Source: Octopus sinensis
Taxonomy: Eukaryota
DNA: 64,000 nucleotides
Direction of reading: 5' to 3'
NCBI RefSeq assembly: GCF_006345805.1
Contig: NC_043001.1
Location: 101,494,001 to 101,558,000 of the forward strand
In this document: positions 24,555 through 37,869 of the stretch, in pieces
Numbering within the stretch: position 1 is the stretch's first letter
Layout: each line of letters opens with the position of its first letter
Translations under genes and position numbers: made by a program
Notes under the pieces: model-generated
What the model saw: the letters and a program-made list of their open reading frames with translations, nothing else
Told to the model about the DNA's origin: nothing
Database searches by the model: none

Positions 24555-26530
24555 CCCGTGGCCCCTACCTGGGACATAGTCAGTCCTCCTGTGCATACCT
24601 TACTTCTTGTGACACTTATGAAGACCTGTTGAGGCAAGTGAAAATCAAATCAAAACGGGACATAGTCGTCCTCATGTGCATACCTTACTCTTGTGACACT
24701 TATGAAGACCTGTTGAGGCAAATGAAAATCAAATCAAAACAAATCAAAATAGATGAACATCAGTGGAATTGTATTCTTGTGGTACCAGTGCCGGTGGCAC
24801 ACAAGGAAAACCCACCCAAACGTGGCCGTAGCCAGTACCGCATCGATGGCCTCCATGTGTGGGCACAAACAAACACCATGCGATCGTGGCCGTTCGCCAG
24901 CCTCATCTAGCACCTGTGTCGGTGGCACATAAAAAAGACACCATCCGAAGACACGGCGCCCCGTAGTCAGTCCACATGTGCATACCTTCCCCTCTTATGA
25001 CCACTGTTGGAAGAATGTTTGAGGCAAGTGTGTGACACTTGTGAAGACCTGTTGAGGCAGAGGCAAGTGTGTGGACACTTGTGGAGACCTGTTGAGGCAA
25101 GTGTGTGACACTGTGAAGACCTGTTGAGGCAAGTGAAAATCAAACCAAATCAAAATAGATGAACTCAATGGAATTTGTATCTTTGTGGTTCCAGTACGGT
25201 GGCACAAGAAAACCATCCGAACGTGGCCGTAGCCAGTACCGCATCGACTGGCCTCCGTGCTGTGGGGCACAACAAACACCATCGATCGTGGCCGTTCGCC
25301 AGCCTCATCTGGCACCTGTGTCGGTGGCGGCACATAAAAACACATCCGAAGACCCGGCGACGTAGTCAGTCCACCTGTGCATACCTTCCTACTTATGACA
25401 CTTGTGAAGACCTGTTGAGGCAGGTGTGACACCTACTTATGACACTTGTGAAGACGTTGAGGCAAGTGTGTGACACTTGTGTAGACCTGTTGAGGCAAGT
25501 GAAAATCAAATCAAATCAAATCAATCAAACCAAATCAAAATAGATGAACATCAATGGAATTTTATCTTTGTGGTACCAGTACGTTGGCACACAAGAAAAC
25601 CATCCGAACGTGGCCGTAGCCAGTACCGCATCGACTGGCCTCTGTGACGTGGGCACATAACAAACACCATCCGATCGTGGCCGTTCGCCAGCCTCATCTG
25701 GCACCTGTGTCGGTGGCACATAAAAACACCAACGAAGACCCGGCAAGACTAGTCAGGCCAACCCGTGGCCCTACTTGGGACGTCGTAGTCAGTCCACCTG
25801 TGCATACCTTCCTTCCTTCCTGTGGACACGTGAAGACCTGTGAAGACCTGTTGAGGCAAGTGAAAATCAAATCAAATCAAATCAAAATAGATGAACATCA
25901 ATGGAATTTGTATCTTTGTCGGTACCAGGTGCGGTGGCACAACAAGAAAACCATCCGAACGTGGCCGTAGCCAGTACCGTATCGACTGGCCTCCGTGCTG
26001 TGGGCACGTAACAAACACCATCCGATCGTGGCCGTTCGCCAGCCTCATCTGGCACCTGTGTCGGTGGCACATAAAAACACCACCGAAGACCCGGCAAGAC
26101 TAGTCAGGCCATAAACCGTGGCCCCTACCTGGGACGTAGTCAGTCCACCTGTGCATACCTTCCTTCTTGTGACACTTGTGAAGACCTGTTGAGGCAAGTG
26201 AAAATCAAATCAAAACAAATCAAAATAGATGAACATCAATGGAATTTGTATCTTTGTGGTACCAGTGCCGGTGGCACACAAGAAAATCATCCGAACGTGG
26301 CCGTAGCCAGTACGCAATAGACTGGCCTCCGTGCTTTGGGGACGTAACAAACACCATCCGATCGTGGCCGTCCGCCAGCCTCATCTGGCACCTGTGTCGG
26401 TGGCACATAAAAACACCATCCGAGCGTGGCCGTCTGCAGCCTCGTCTGGCACCTGTGTAGGGGGCACATAAAAACACCATCCGAGCGTGGCCGTTCGCCA
26501 GCCTCGTCTGGCACCTGTGTCGGTGGCACA
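24525..26530 (+). repeat. Five imperfect ~340-420 bp tandem units in the RTE 3' UTR
   Basis: The marker gatgaacatca (gatgaactca in the second unit) recurs near 24752, 25159, 25544, 25890 and 26229. gaagacccggc or a 1-mismatch variant recurs near 24527, 24948, 25348, 25735 and 26085. Confidence 0.9.
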
Positions 26531-27544
26531 TAAAATCACCCACTACACTCTCGGAGTGGTTGGCGTTAGGAAGGGCATCCAGCTGTAGAAACACTGCCAG
26601 ATCTGACTGGCCTGGTGCAGCCTTCGGGCTCCCCAGACCCCAGTTGAACCGTCCAACCCATGCTAGCATGGAAAACGGACGCTAAATGATGATGATGATG
26701 ATGATGATATATATATAAATATATGTATATATATATATATATGTATACACACACACACACATATATATATATACATATTTACACACACACTCATACACAC
26801 CACACACATATATATATATACATATTTACACACACACTCACACACACACACCACACACACATACATATTTATATTACATGTGTGCTAATTAATAGTTGCC
26901 TTTCATATTTTTTTTATTCCTTTTGCTTTCATTCGTTTATCACACTTTTTGGTAGGAAACTGGTGTTGGGGGTGGAGGGGTGGAGGGGTGGTGGTGGTGA
27001 TGGTGGTGGAATAAACCGACAAGAAAATGTAACTTTTTTTGTTTTTGTTTTCGTTTTTGGTTATCTTTTACGTTTGTAATGTCTTGGCAGCATCAATAAT
27101 ACAATAAACATAATGTATCTAAAGAAATATTTGGTAATCTTGGTGGTAAAATTGTATCAATCAAATATTGATTTGAAATAATTAGTTGCTATTTGAGAAA
27201 ACAAAATTACTAGTATAAGCTACTAAGTATTGATTTAATATAATTATAAAAATATTTACGGGGGGAAAAATAAGATAATAAGCATATATTTTGCTCAGAC
27301 CGAATATTGATTTGTCATCATTATAAGATAGGTACAACTTTCAAGAGTGAGGAAATGTTCACTCAACTAATTTAATTACAAAAATACTCCAAAACTAAGA
27401 CAAAAATTACAACAGTAATACAAAAAAAAAGCCTAAAAAAAAGGATTTATGCACTCTCTACCTATCTGTCCTATCTATCAACCTCTATATCTATCAATCA
27501 ATCAATCAATCTATCTATCTATCTGTATATCTATGCCTTTCTCT

Positions 27545-27714
27545 GAATATATATATATATGTGTGTCTGTGTGTGTGTATATATATTATATATATATATA
27601 TATACACATGTACATGAATATATACATACACATACATATACATGCATAAATATATACATATATATATGTATATATCTATCTATCTATCTATCTATATATG
27701 TGTATATATATATA

Positions 27715-27785
<71 letters not shown>

Positions 27786-27802
27786 CATACATATATGTAT
27801 AC

Positions 27803-27835
<33 letters not shown>

Positions 27836-28040
27836 CATATATATATGTATATATATATATATATATATATACATACATACATATATACACACATATATAT
27901 ATACACATACATGTACATACATTTATCATCATCATAAACATTTATATATATATATATTATATATATATTATATATATATATAATATATATATATAATATA
28001 TATATATATAATATATATATATATATATAATATATACGTG
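27545..28040. repeat. Long (TA)n/(TACA)n microsatellite
   Basis: Visible directly; source of the poly-IY ORFs. Confidence 0.95.
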
Positions 28041-28291
28041 TGTGTATTTATGTGCTTATGAAAATATTAAAATAAATAAAATACAAATGTTTCTAAATAT
28101 TCTGTAAGTTTCTCCTGATTAATTCAACCTATTAATATTTATTCAAACTTAGACACCAGCTGACTTTATTAAGGTGCCATAACAATTGACTTAAAAGGCC
28201 ACAAGATCAAACCAATGACAAAACAGATAAGGTGTAACTATTTCCATTCATTGAATATTTGTGATTTTTAGTTCAATTACAGGTAGAACAT

Positions 28292-28510
28292 CAAAGCAGT
28301 GAGCTGGCAGAATCGTTAGCATGCCAAGAAAAAATGCTTAGAGGCATTTTGTCCATCTTTACATTCTGAGCTCAGATTCCACTGAGGTTGACTTTGCCTT
28401 TCATGCTTTCGGGGTCAATAAAATAAGTACCAGTTAAACTCTGGGGTCAATGTAATCAATTTCTCCCGTTCCCTCAACTTGCAGGCCTTGTGTCAAATTT
28501 TGAAATCAAT
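28292..28510 (+). mobile_element. SINE family B copy
   Basis: gtgagctggcagaatcgttagc...gaggttgactttgcctttcatgctttcggggtc...ggccttgtgtcaaattttg. Confidence 0.85.
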
Positions 28511-29299
28511 TTCAGGTAAAACATTTCTGTATTTTGTAACCAGTCCTTTGGAATAACCTACACCATGTTGACCTGATTGTTGAACAGAAAGATACTTCGC
28601 TACGAACACAGAGTATTTGAGTTCAAACTCATCGACAGTGCTGTTATGTATTTGCACAATAAACTGGAGTCTAAGAAAACTGTGTCAGCAGCAATTAGTC
28701 AATAACGAATTTTATAAGAGAGATCAATAAGTTCAATAGCCATAGAATATAATGTTCCCCGTTTTGCCCTTCGTTTGTGAAGGAGGAAGGAAAAGAAAGT
28801 GTTGCTGTTGCAAGTAAATGAGGATGTAATTAAGGTTGAAGGCGTTGGATGTGAGTGGGGGTGGGATGCGAGGTCGGAAGGTTGATGTGTAGAGGGAGAA
28901 AGATGGAGAGAGAGATGCTGTGAGAAGGTTGTGCAAGATGACGGAAGAAAGGAATATCTAATAATAGAGTTCGATGAGCAAACAAGAATAAAATGATGGC
29001 TTCTAATTTGGCCACAAGGCTAGCAGCTTTGAGGGGAGGGGGAAGTCGATATCACTGACACAGTTCTTGACTGTTTTTTTTTGGGTTTTTTAATGACCCC
29101 CACCCACAAGCACGACAGGTAAATTTGATTTCAGTGGGTTTTGAAATCAGAATGTAAAGGCCTCAAACCAATACTTCAAAACACTTCTGACACTGATAAA
29201 TCTGGCAGCTCACCACTTTCAATTAGGAATACTACCACTACCAGTACTACTACTGCTACCACCACCACCACCACTACTACCACCGCCACCACCACCACA

Positions 29300-29341
<42 letters not shown>

Positions 29342-29859
29342 GTCCTGATGCAGTACCAGGCAGTGGCTCTCATGGCTTCTGATCTTAACTGATTGAAAGT
29401 GTTATCATGTACATTGTTTTGTCTTGGTATAAAAAAAGATGGGCTACAGCAAATATTCTGCTCAATACCACAGATTTGCTTGTCAGTTGTTTGACCTTAA
29501 CCAGTTGAGCATGTCCCTTAGTGGCTGACGATATGTACATCTCTGATCACGAGCAAAAGTAGTGGGGGAGCATCATAGCCATGTGTTGAGAGGGATTCTT
29601 TGGGGTTTGGACAATTACCTTTGGAAACATGGGTGTTTTGTTCAGTATCCTTAAACAACTATATTCAGAGACCTTTTGAGAAGGATGGGCTACCCGGCCT
29701 GACAAAAATTCTAACTGGGCCCCACATGCAAGGTCATGTGCTGTTTATCTTGATATGAAATCAGCATGCCATGCACATATGGCTGTGATGCATGTGTCTG
29801 GTGTATGAAAAAAAAGAAAACTTGGGAGTTTCAAGTAAAAAAATAGAGAGGAGGGAAAA

Positions 29860-30420
29860 TGACAGAGCAGGGCTGAATTAAAAATGCAGGAACAGACAGA
29901 AAAATTGTTGAAATATAATGACATGTATAATTGTTGAAGAATAAGGAAAATTTATAGAATGTTTCAAATTTTGAAGGAACAAAATATTTATTCAGTAGTT
30001 GACAGGTGAGGCATCTTACAACAATTGAATAAAGGAAAGGAAAGAAAATGGTGAAATACCTGAGGTTGACAAGCTTTTAAGTAGACAAGTTACATTTTTA
30101 AAAGCAGAATGCCTCCAGTGTCTTACAAGAGTATCTCACATTAGATCACCTTCAAACCATTTCTTAGAGTGCAGAAACATGGAATTGGACAAAAGACCTA
30201 AAAAGAAATATGAAGACCAGCTCATCACTCTCATGAATACCTTATGAATGGAATAACCTGGAAGAATTTTTAACACAATAAAATGAATTTGAAAACAAAC
30301 AATACCATATGAGAATGTCATGCTTTTAAAATTGCTGGAGTTAAGTTTGATGAAATGAATGACAAGAATGTAGATGAAAAAGCTGGGAGACAGGGATCTA
30401 ACACAGCTAAAGAAAGAGGA
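29860..30420 (+). pseudogene. Highly decayed RTE-like ORF2 C-terminal fragment
   Basis: Pieces such as SAETWNWTKDLK and GITWKNF resemble the RTE GAETW...GITW motifs. There are many stops and frameshifts. Confidence 0.4.
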
Positions 30421-31089
30421 TAGAAATAAACATGATGCAGAAGTGATTAGATTTTTTAAAATAAAATTTGGAGATAGGAAATATGAGTGAAAGTCAAGAG
30501 ACGTCATCTTCAGCTGCCTATATGACATGATCTGTGAACTTATATTTTCGATCAAGGGAATCTAGCACCACCACCCCCTCAGCTAAATTACAGCAACATT
30601 CATCCTAAACCACGACTGCCATGCTATGTTGGAAAACAACCTTTACTACAAAAGATATTAAGTTAGAAAGCTTGAAATGCCAAAGAGTAGTTTTTATGGT
30701 AAGAAGACATGGATGAACCTCAGAAGGTACACTTTCATTAATCAAGGCATTTGTTCTGTGAATGCTCTACAGAAATTTGTTTTGTATGTATGTATGTATG
30801 TATGTATGTCATATTATGTATGTATGTGTATATCCACCCCACCCCCATACATGTCACTCCCACCCATATCCCCACCACCTCACCCCAAACCTCACCCCAT
30901 CATGCCACACCACACCACACACCACCCTGCACACACTAGCACTGACCACTTCCCACCACCCACACCATCATCCATACGCCCACACATTACAGATGCACAC
31001 ACTTACACACGCACACATCCACATGTCAAAGTCACCAGCCTCTATCCACACACACACACACACTCACATACACATGCACATGCACCTTC

Positions 31090-31350
31090 GTTTTGAGATC
31101 ACCAATACTTTGTTATCTCCCCTTCTTCCTAACTCTCCTGTCTAACCACCTCTGTCCAGCCAGCTGCCAGGATTGACCGCTAGCTCCAAAAGTTTTTTAT
31201 TCTCTCTCCGCTTATTTTCTCTTATTCCTGTCTGCTGAAGCGAGTAAGGCTTGAAACGTAAAAGACTTTCTCACCTTCCCAAGCACTAAACTAATACACC
31301 TATTTATTGTTTATACACCTGTCTTCATCTTTTGTTTTCCTGTAAATTTC
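31090..31350 (+). mobile_element. Short PLE-terminal-like module with a degenerate hammerhead-like motif, ending in (TA)n; related truncated tail at ~44322-44390 (opposite strand)
   Basis: ctgctgaagcgagtaaggcttgaaacgtaaaagac at 31232-31266. The tail cttcatcttttgttttcctgtaaat matches the reverse complement of gtttacgaaaaaacaaaagatgaa at ~44335. Confidence 0.5.
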
Positions 31351-31984
31351 AACTACATATATATCATCATTTCATCTACATATATCATCTTCAACATCAT
31401 CATCACCATTTAACATCTGTTCTCCATGATGGCATGGGTTGGACAGTTTGACAAAGCTGGCAAGGCCAGAACTGTGCAAGGTCCATTGTGTCTGATTGTG
31501 TGTGTGCACTTATGATATGTTAATTATATTAAAAGAAATAAGCAGAAAAAAGAAACAAACCGCAGCTCATACAGCTCAGGTGAAGTTCCTCGAAATAAAC
31601 TTGAATGTGTTTTGGAACATTAAAGTCAATTCTGATTTGTCCCAGTCTATTTAAACAAATCAGGTAATAGATTCCTTGGTGGACATGGCCTTAGATAAAC
31701 TGGTATCAAATCTGGGGGCTTCAAAGTTGTCACTCATCTGTTTATTGCACTCATATCATTATGAATTCCTAAGTTGGGAGAATCTTGTATTCCAGGAAAT
31801 AATTAATGATGTCTTACACTCACAATATTTGCTTCCATTCCTTTGACTAAAAACCCAGTTTTCAGCAACTGCTTGTACTGTTTTTTTTTTATTTTATTAT
31901 ATTTTACAATTTTTTATTATTTTATACTTTATAAAATTTATTGTAAGCATATCATTTTAAAACTGAAGCAATTTCTGACATATA

Positions 31985-32200
31985 ACCGGTTTCAAATTTT
32001 GGCACAAGGCCGGCAAGTTTAGGGGTTGATGCTAATCAATAACATCCCCCCACCATTGCTCAATTCCTACTTATTCTATTGACCCCCAAAAGGATGAAAG
32101 ATAAAGTCATCCCCGTCAGAATTTGAACTCAGAACATAATGAAGAACGAAATGTCACTAAGCATTTTGCCCAGTGTGTTAATGATTCTGCCACCTCGTTT
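31985..32200 (-). mobile_element. SINE family B copy
   Basis: caaattttggcacaaggcc...aaaaggatgaaagataaagtc...gaatttgaactcagaac. Confidence 0.75.
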
Positions 32201-32588
32201 ACTTAATTACACACAAAATAGTGTTGAGGAAAAAATGGAAAGAAAAAAAAAACAGCAATTACAGTGACTTTGTTTAAAGAACCAATTTCTCTCTCCTTTC
32301 TTCCTAAAAGGAAAAGCAAAGCTTTCAAATTAACTTCTCTGTTTGAAAGGAAATCTCCTAAAATGTCAATATTCCCTTAACCAATGTTTTCTGCATCTTT
32401 CCAATCACTTTCGAATCCTTGTATCATCTCTTTTGGTAGCGTTAATCTTTTGCTTCGTTTTCTTTCCCATTCACTGATCACTTGATTCTAAGAAAATGGA
32501 GAATTATTATTCCATATTGTTGTGAGATGAGGAGATTCTTTTGTTCAAGATTTGTTACTTACAGCTACACATGCACACACACACACAA

Positions 32589-32625
<37 letters not shown>

Positions 32626-32689
32626 TACACACTAAAAATTACACAAACACTCATACAGAAGTATATACATACATACATATACATATATT

Positions 32690-32780
32690 ATATATATGTA
32701 TACATAAATATATATATATATAGATGTATATAATGTATGTATAAGTATAGATAGACAGATACACACACATACATATGTAT

Positions 32781-32840
<60 letters not shown>

Positions 32841-33483
32841 AACACGCACACACAAATGATCACGACACTATTTCTGAAGAGATATGTGCACTAAATTTTC
32901 CAATTACACTTTCAGAATCACGTATATGTTCTACACATGCATATTCATATACATGCACACATATCTTTGCAGAGATATACATGCACACACACACACACAC
33001 ACACACGTATTCATGCACAAATACATCTACACACTTCAGAACACTACTACACTCCTACACATCTACACACACCACACACATACACACACACAGACTGTAA
33101 ACTTTACCTACATACTTACATATATTGACCTTATGCTGAACACCTCCATGCAGTTCCATACAACCCCAAACAAGCTAATACTGACATCAATACAACTTTG
33201 ACTTTAACCATAAAAAATACGATAGCATATCAGGAACAGCTTGTAGACTCATAACAAAAGACTTTAATACTTAACATAATTAACTGTTAAAAGAATAAAG
33301 AAGTGAATACGATAGTGCGTGATATAATAAATACATACATGCATACATACATACATATGTATATACATATAAATATACATATATATATATATGTATTACA
33401 TAAATATATATATATATAGATGTATATAATGTATGTATAAGTATAGATAGACAGATACACACACATACATATGTATGCACACA

Positions 33484-33537
<54 letters not shown>

Positions 33538-34070
33538 AACACGCACACACAAATGATCACGACACTATTTCTGAAGAGATATGTGCACTAAATTTTCCAA
33601 TTACACTTTCAGAATCACGTATATGTTCTACACATGCATATTCATATACATGCACACATATCTTTGCAGAGATATACATGCACACACACACACACACACA
33701 CACGTATTCATGCACAAATACACATCTACACACTTCAGAACACTACTACACTCCTACACATCTACACACACACACACATACACACACACAGACTGTAAAC
33801 TTTACCTACATACTTACATATATTGACCTTATGCTGAACAACCTCCATGCAGTTCCATACAACCCCAAACAAGCTAATACTGACATCAATACAACTTTGA
33901 CTTTAACCATAAAAAATACGATAGCATATCAGTGAACAGCTTGTAGACTCATAACAAAAGACTTTAATACTTCAACATAATTAACTGTTAAAAAGAATAA
34001 AGAAGTGAATACGATAGTGCGTGATATAATAAATACATACATGCATACATACATACATATGTATATACAT
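32690..34070. repeat. Near-identical tandem duplication, period ~700 bp
   Basis: aaatgatcacgacactatttctgaagag occurs at ~32855 and ~33551. Copies differ by scattered 1-bp indels. Confidence 0.92.
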
Positions 34071-34092
34071 TATACATATATATCTATATATA

Positions 34093-34136
<44 letters not shown>

Positions 34137-34160
34137 ATATATATATATTATATATATATA

Positions 34161-34197
<37 letters not shown>

Positions 34198-35159
34198 GTA
34201 TTAATAATATAATATATATATATAATATATATATGCATGAATATATGTAGATATCATCATCATCATCAACATCACATACTAATATATAAATATAAATAGA
34301 GAGATACGCATGTATACTTATATGCATATATATATATATATATGCATCAACATATATTTATATGTGTGTGGGTTTGTGTGTGTGTGTTTGTGTGTGCACA
34401 CATATTTCATATCTACATTTATGCGTATGTTTTCATACATATGTATGCACACATATCTATATATACTTATGCATACTTACACCCACCACTACATATGTAT
34501 GTGTGTGGCTGTGGCTGTGTATGTGGCTGTGTCTGTGTGTATATATGTGTCTTTGTAGGTGAGTGGGTGTAGGTGTGTCAATGTGTGTGTGTGTGTGTCG
34601 TATATTGCCTATAAGTTAGTTTCAAAAGTTACTTTTAATATGTGTTGCAGATTCTTAATTGTGTCTGAAGCAAGCCACACCCTAATGAGATAGCAGAGAT
34701 ATTCTGCCTCGACCATAGAGTAACTTGCTCAAGAGCTGGATCTCCCAAATCTATAAAGACCCATCTATCTCACCTGTCTCTTATGGTTCTGCATTTGACA
34801 TCACCAAAGCCATGCCTCCGTCACGTTAGGAGAAAGACACAACTAACATACCTCTCGTTAGACTTTAATTCTTTCTCTTCCATCTTTCACTCACTCGAGT
34901 CATTAGACTGTGGCCATGCTGGGGCACCGTCTTCAGGAACTTCTATGTCAAATGAATTGAACCCAGTACATTTTTTCAAGACCGGTACTTATTTATCAAT
35001 CTCAGTTACGGGGTTGTGAGGTATGTCAACACCAGCTGTCAAGAGGAGATGGGGGACAAGACACACACACACATACGCACACACATGCACACAGATTGTA
35101 TTTGTAAAGTGTGATTTAGTTGAATTCTTTTTCTGAAAACCCTAATGTATCCAGATTTA

Positions 35160-36225
35160 CTCACAGTGCCAACTGCATCAATTTTTGGCATAAATGTGAA
35201 TTTATAATCTCGATATATATAGAATTGGTGGTTTCAAACAGTTGTCCGTAGTTGCCATCTTTCTCTTTGATTTTCAAAGAGATATTCACATCAGCAGGAC
35301 AGCTGACCTCTATGATGGTACTCCTTTTTCTTGTCTGTCCCAAACAACAACATCTGACAGATGGTTTGACGGGAATGGTCCACCAGTATTCCTTGCACTG
35401 ATATTTGTATACATATTCAATAACAGGGGGATTCCCTATATTTATTCCAGGATACTATTTTTTCTGGATGACATTGTATATTGTTTTGCACCAAAGCCTA
35501 TCTACTACCTGTCATGTAGGCTGGTAGTACCTTGATGATGTTTTTAGGCTGTTGCTAATCCCATGTGTGATGTCTACCACAGAAATATGATATATTCTAC
35601 ATTTTCAGTTGCATCCTGAGATACCAAAGGTTTCACCGTCTCTTCTTTACAAAGTATTTTGTAGCAACCTCCTGTTCTTGGATTGCAAATGCATAGGTCT
35701 TGTTGTTGTTGTTGTTGCTGTTAAGCAACAAGACAGGTAAAGGTGATTAGGTGATGGTCTAGGGCTTAGGGGCAGGAGACCCAGACCTTGGAAAAAAAAA
35801 ACTTTGGTCGTCCTGTTGTAGTCAAGACACCCGACACCACTGGGAGGTGGCCCTCGAAGTCGCTGGAAATGGAGATCTCCAGGTCCAAATTCCTGAACGG
35901 CTGCATAGGTCTTGAAGTGTGATATAATGCAGAAGTCATGAGTCCAAGAGAGGCTTTGTTTCATGTCAATATTACTGTGTTCTTCAAGTCTCCAGGAAAC
36001 ATATCCATGCGCAATCTCTTTTTGGTATGCGGAGCATTGCACATCCAGGTTTCTTTGAGGTATGTATTCATGGTCTTTACCATTTTTAATTCTTCCTCTG
36101 AGGAAGGATCTGGTGAGGTGAATGTAATATTTCTCAAGGTACAATTTCCTGGACATGTTTTCACAGAAAACTGGAAATGGACAACATCACTTGTATGTTG
36201 GGGATTCTTGTTTACAACCAATATT
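35160..36225 (-). pseudogene. R4/Dong-like (RLE-type) non-LTR retrotransposon 3' fragment
   Basis: The minus strand gives AHGYVSWRLEE..IDMKQSLSW..SHFKTYAAVQE, a remnant HDR motif, EYWWTIP, and DVVVWDRQEK/RSTIIEVSCPADVN (a PD-(D/E)xK-type restriction-like endonuclease pattern). An unrelated insert interrupts it at ~35700-35890. Confidence 0.6.
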
Positions 36226-36266
36226 TACAGATATATGTATAAACGTATACACTTGTATGTATGGAT

Positions 36267-36297
<31 letters not shown>

Positions 36298-36502
36298 CAG
36301 ACAGATGGAAGAATGAAAGGAAGGATGTGTTTTTGCAACAGTATCTTTGTAATTTCCATACACCAAATTCCATTCAGAAGATATTGCTATTTAGGGCTTT
36401 GGGTTAATGTTTTCTACAATAACCCAAGACTGACCAATGCCATATGAAGGACTCTGGTCAACAGAAACTGCAAGAAGTTTATCCTGTGTATGTGTGTGTA
36501 TA

Positions 36503-36704
36503 CTCTTTACTCTTTTACTTGTTTCAGTCATTTGACTGTGGCCATGCTGGAGCACTGCCTTTAGTCGAGCTAATTGACCCCAGGACTTATTCTTTGTAAG
36601 TCTAGTACTTATTCTATCGGTCTCTTTTGCTGAACCGCTAAGTTACGGTGACATAAACAAACCAGCATTGGTTGTCATGTTGGGGAGACAAACATGGACA
36701 CACA

Positions 36705-36738
<34 letters not shown>

Positions 36739-36935
36739 GCACACACACACACACACACACACATACATATATACGATGGGCCTCTTTCAGTTTCTGTCTA
36801 CCAAATCCACTCACAAGGCTTTGGTTGACCCGAGGCTATAGTAGAAGACACTTGCCCAAGGTGCCACACAGTGGGACTGAACCCGGAACTGCATGGTTGG
36901 TAAACAAGCTACTTACCACACAGCCACTCCTACAC
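36503..36935 (-). mobile_element. SINE family A copy
   Basis: Same head, body and tail as 17591-18008. Confidence 0.88.
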
Positions 36936-37379
36936 CTATGCGTGTCTTATTTTTATGTTGGTCACCTCTTTAGTGAAATGGTGCTAATGTTTGCATAACC
37001 TGTTGATATTACCACCAGTTACTTTGCGTTTTCAAAGATCTGTGGAATAAAAGAATTCTTTGCTTGAAAAACAGATACTGGTCAGTGGCAGTTAGAATGA
37101 GCAGCTGTGAAATCCAAATAGAAATAACTCCCACTCTAACCCATGCAAGCATGACAAACAAGATGTTAAATATAAGATCTTTAATTACAATGAATGGTGT
37201 GCTTCAGTCTGAATATTCAATTCTTGATTTTTTTCTATTCTTTAAGCTGTTTTAGTCATAGAAATGCAGCCATGCTTGAGTCCCACTTGAAATTATTTTC
37301 AACCAGGTTTGTTGCTGCTTTATGACTGGAAGTTGGTCTGTGATTGAGTTTACAGAAGTTGATCTTCCCTAGGAGTATC

Positions 37380-37830
37380 CTTAAATGGTTGGTTGGCCAG
37401 TCTGGTATCATTATTAGGCATTTATCCAATATTTTTTCTTAATGGTCCAGTAGAGGTCCCTTTCGTAATTTTGATTTCTTTAGGTAAGCAGTTGAACAGT
37501 TGAGGACCCCCTAAATATCCGATTGGTACAGCAGAAGGTTTTTCTTCAGGATTTTGAAGGTGATATAGTTGGAAGCTGACAGTGTATACCAGTTCGTGCA
37601 TTAAAATTCTCTCTAATGCCAAAGTTTGGAACACGGCCCTCCAGGATTTTCCACGTGTCTATGATAGTATATCTCTTTCTTTGGTATTCCAGATAATGGC
37701 AATGTCTTCAAAAACAATTTTTATAGCACCAGATACTTTGTAAGTATAGGTTGTGTCTTTGGCACAATCAATAATATTTGTTTTGGCCATTGACATAAAC
37801 ATATATTTCTTTTAATGGAGGATGCGTGTA
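37380..37830 (-). pseudogene. CR1-like LINE ORF2 C-terminal fragment
   Basis: TWKILEGRVPNFGIRE and GPQLFNCLPKEIK..KGTS match CR1-type ORF2 ends. Confidence 0.7.
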
Positions 37831-37869
37831 TTTTTCTGCAACTCTCAATATAGATTCTTCTATTCTTTC

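Larger units (their letters stand above)
21557..26708 (+). mobile_element. RTE-clade non-LTR retrotransposon, 5'-truncated, inserted in (TA)n
   Basis: Begins mid-endonuclease at GRSGEIVE, continues through ORF2, a 3' UTR array and a conserved 3' module, and ends in (GAT)n at 26688-26708. (TA)n flanks on both sides make the TSD ambiguous. Confidence 0.95.

Noticed and set aside
24525-26530. Repeat-spacer-like look of the RTE 3' UTR
   Set aside because: The intervening segments are themselves repeated, so it is a plain composite tandem array.
32868-32940. CUGAAGA in the duplicated block (also ~33570), and CUGAAGA at ~44126 and ~9180
   Set aside because: No GAAA closing a helix II downstream.
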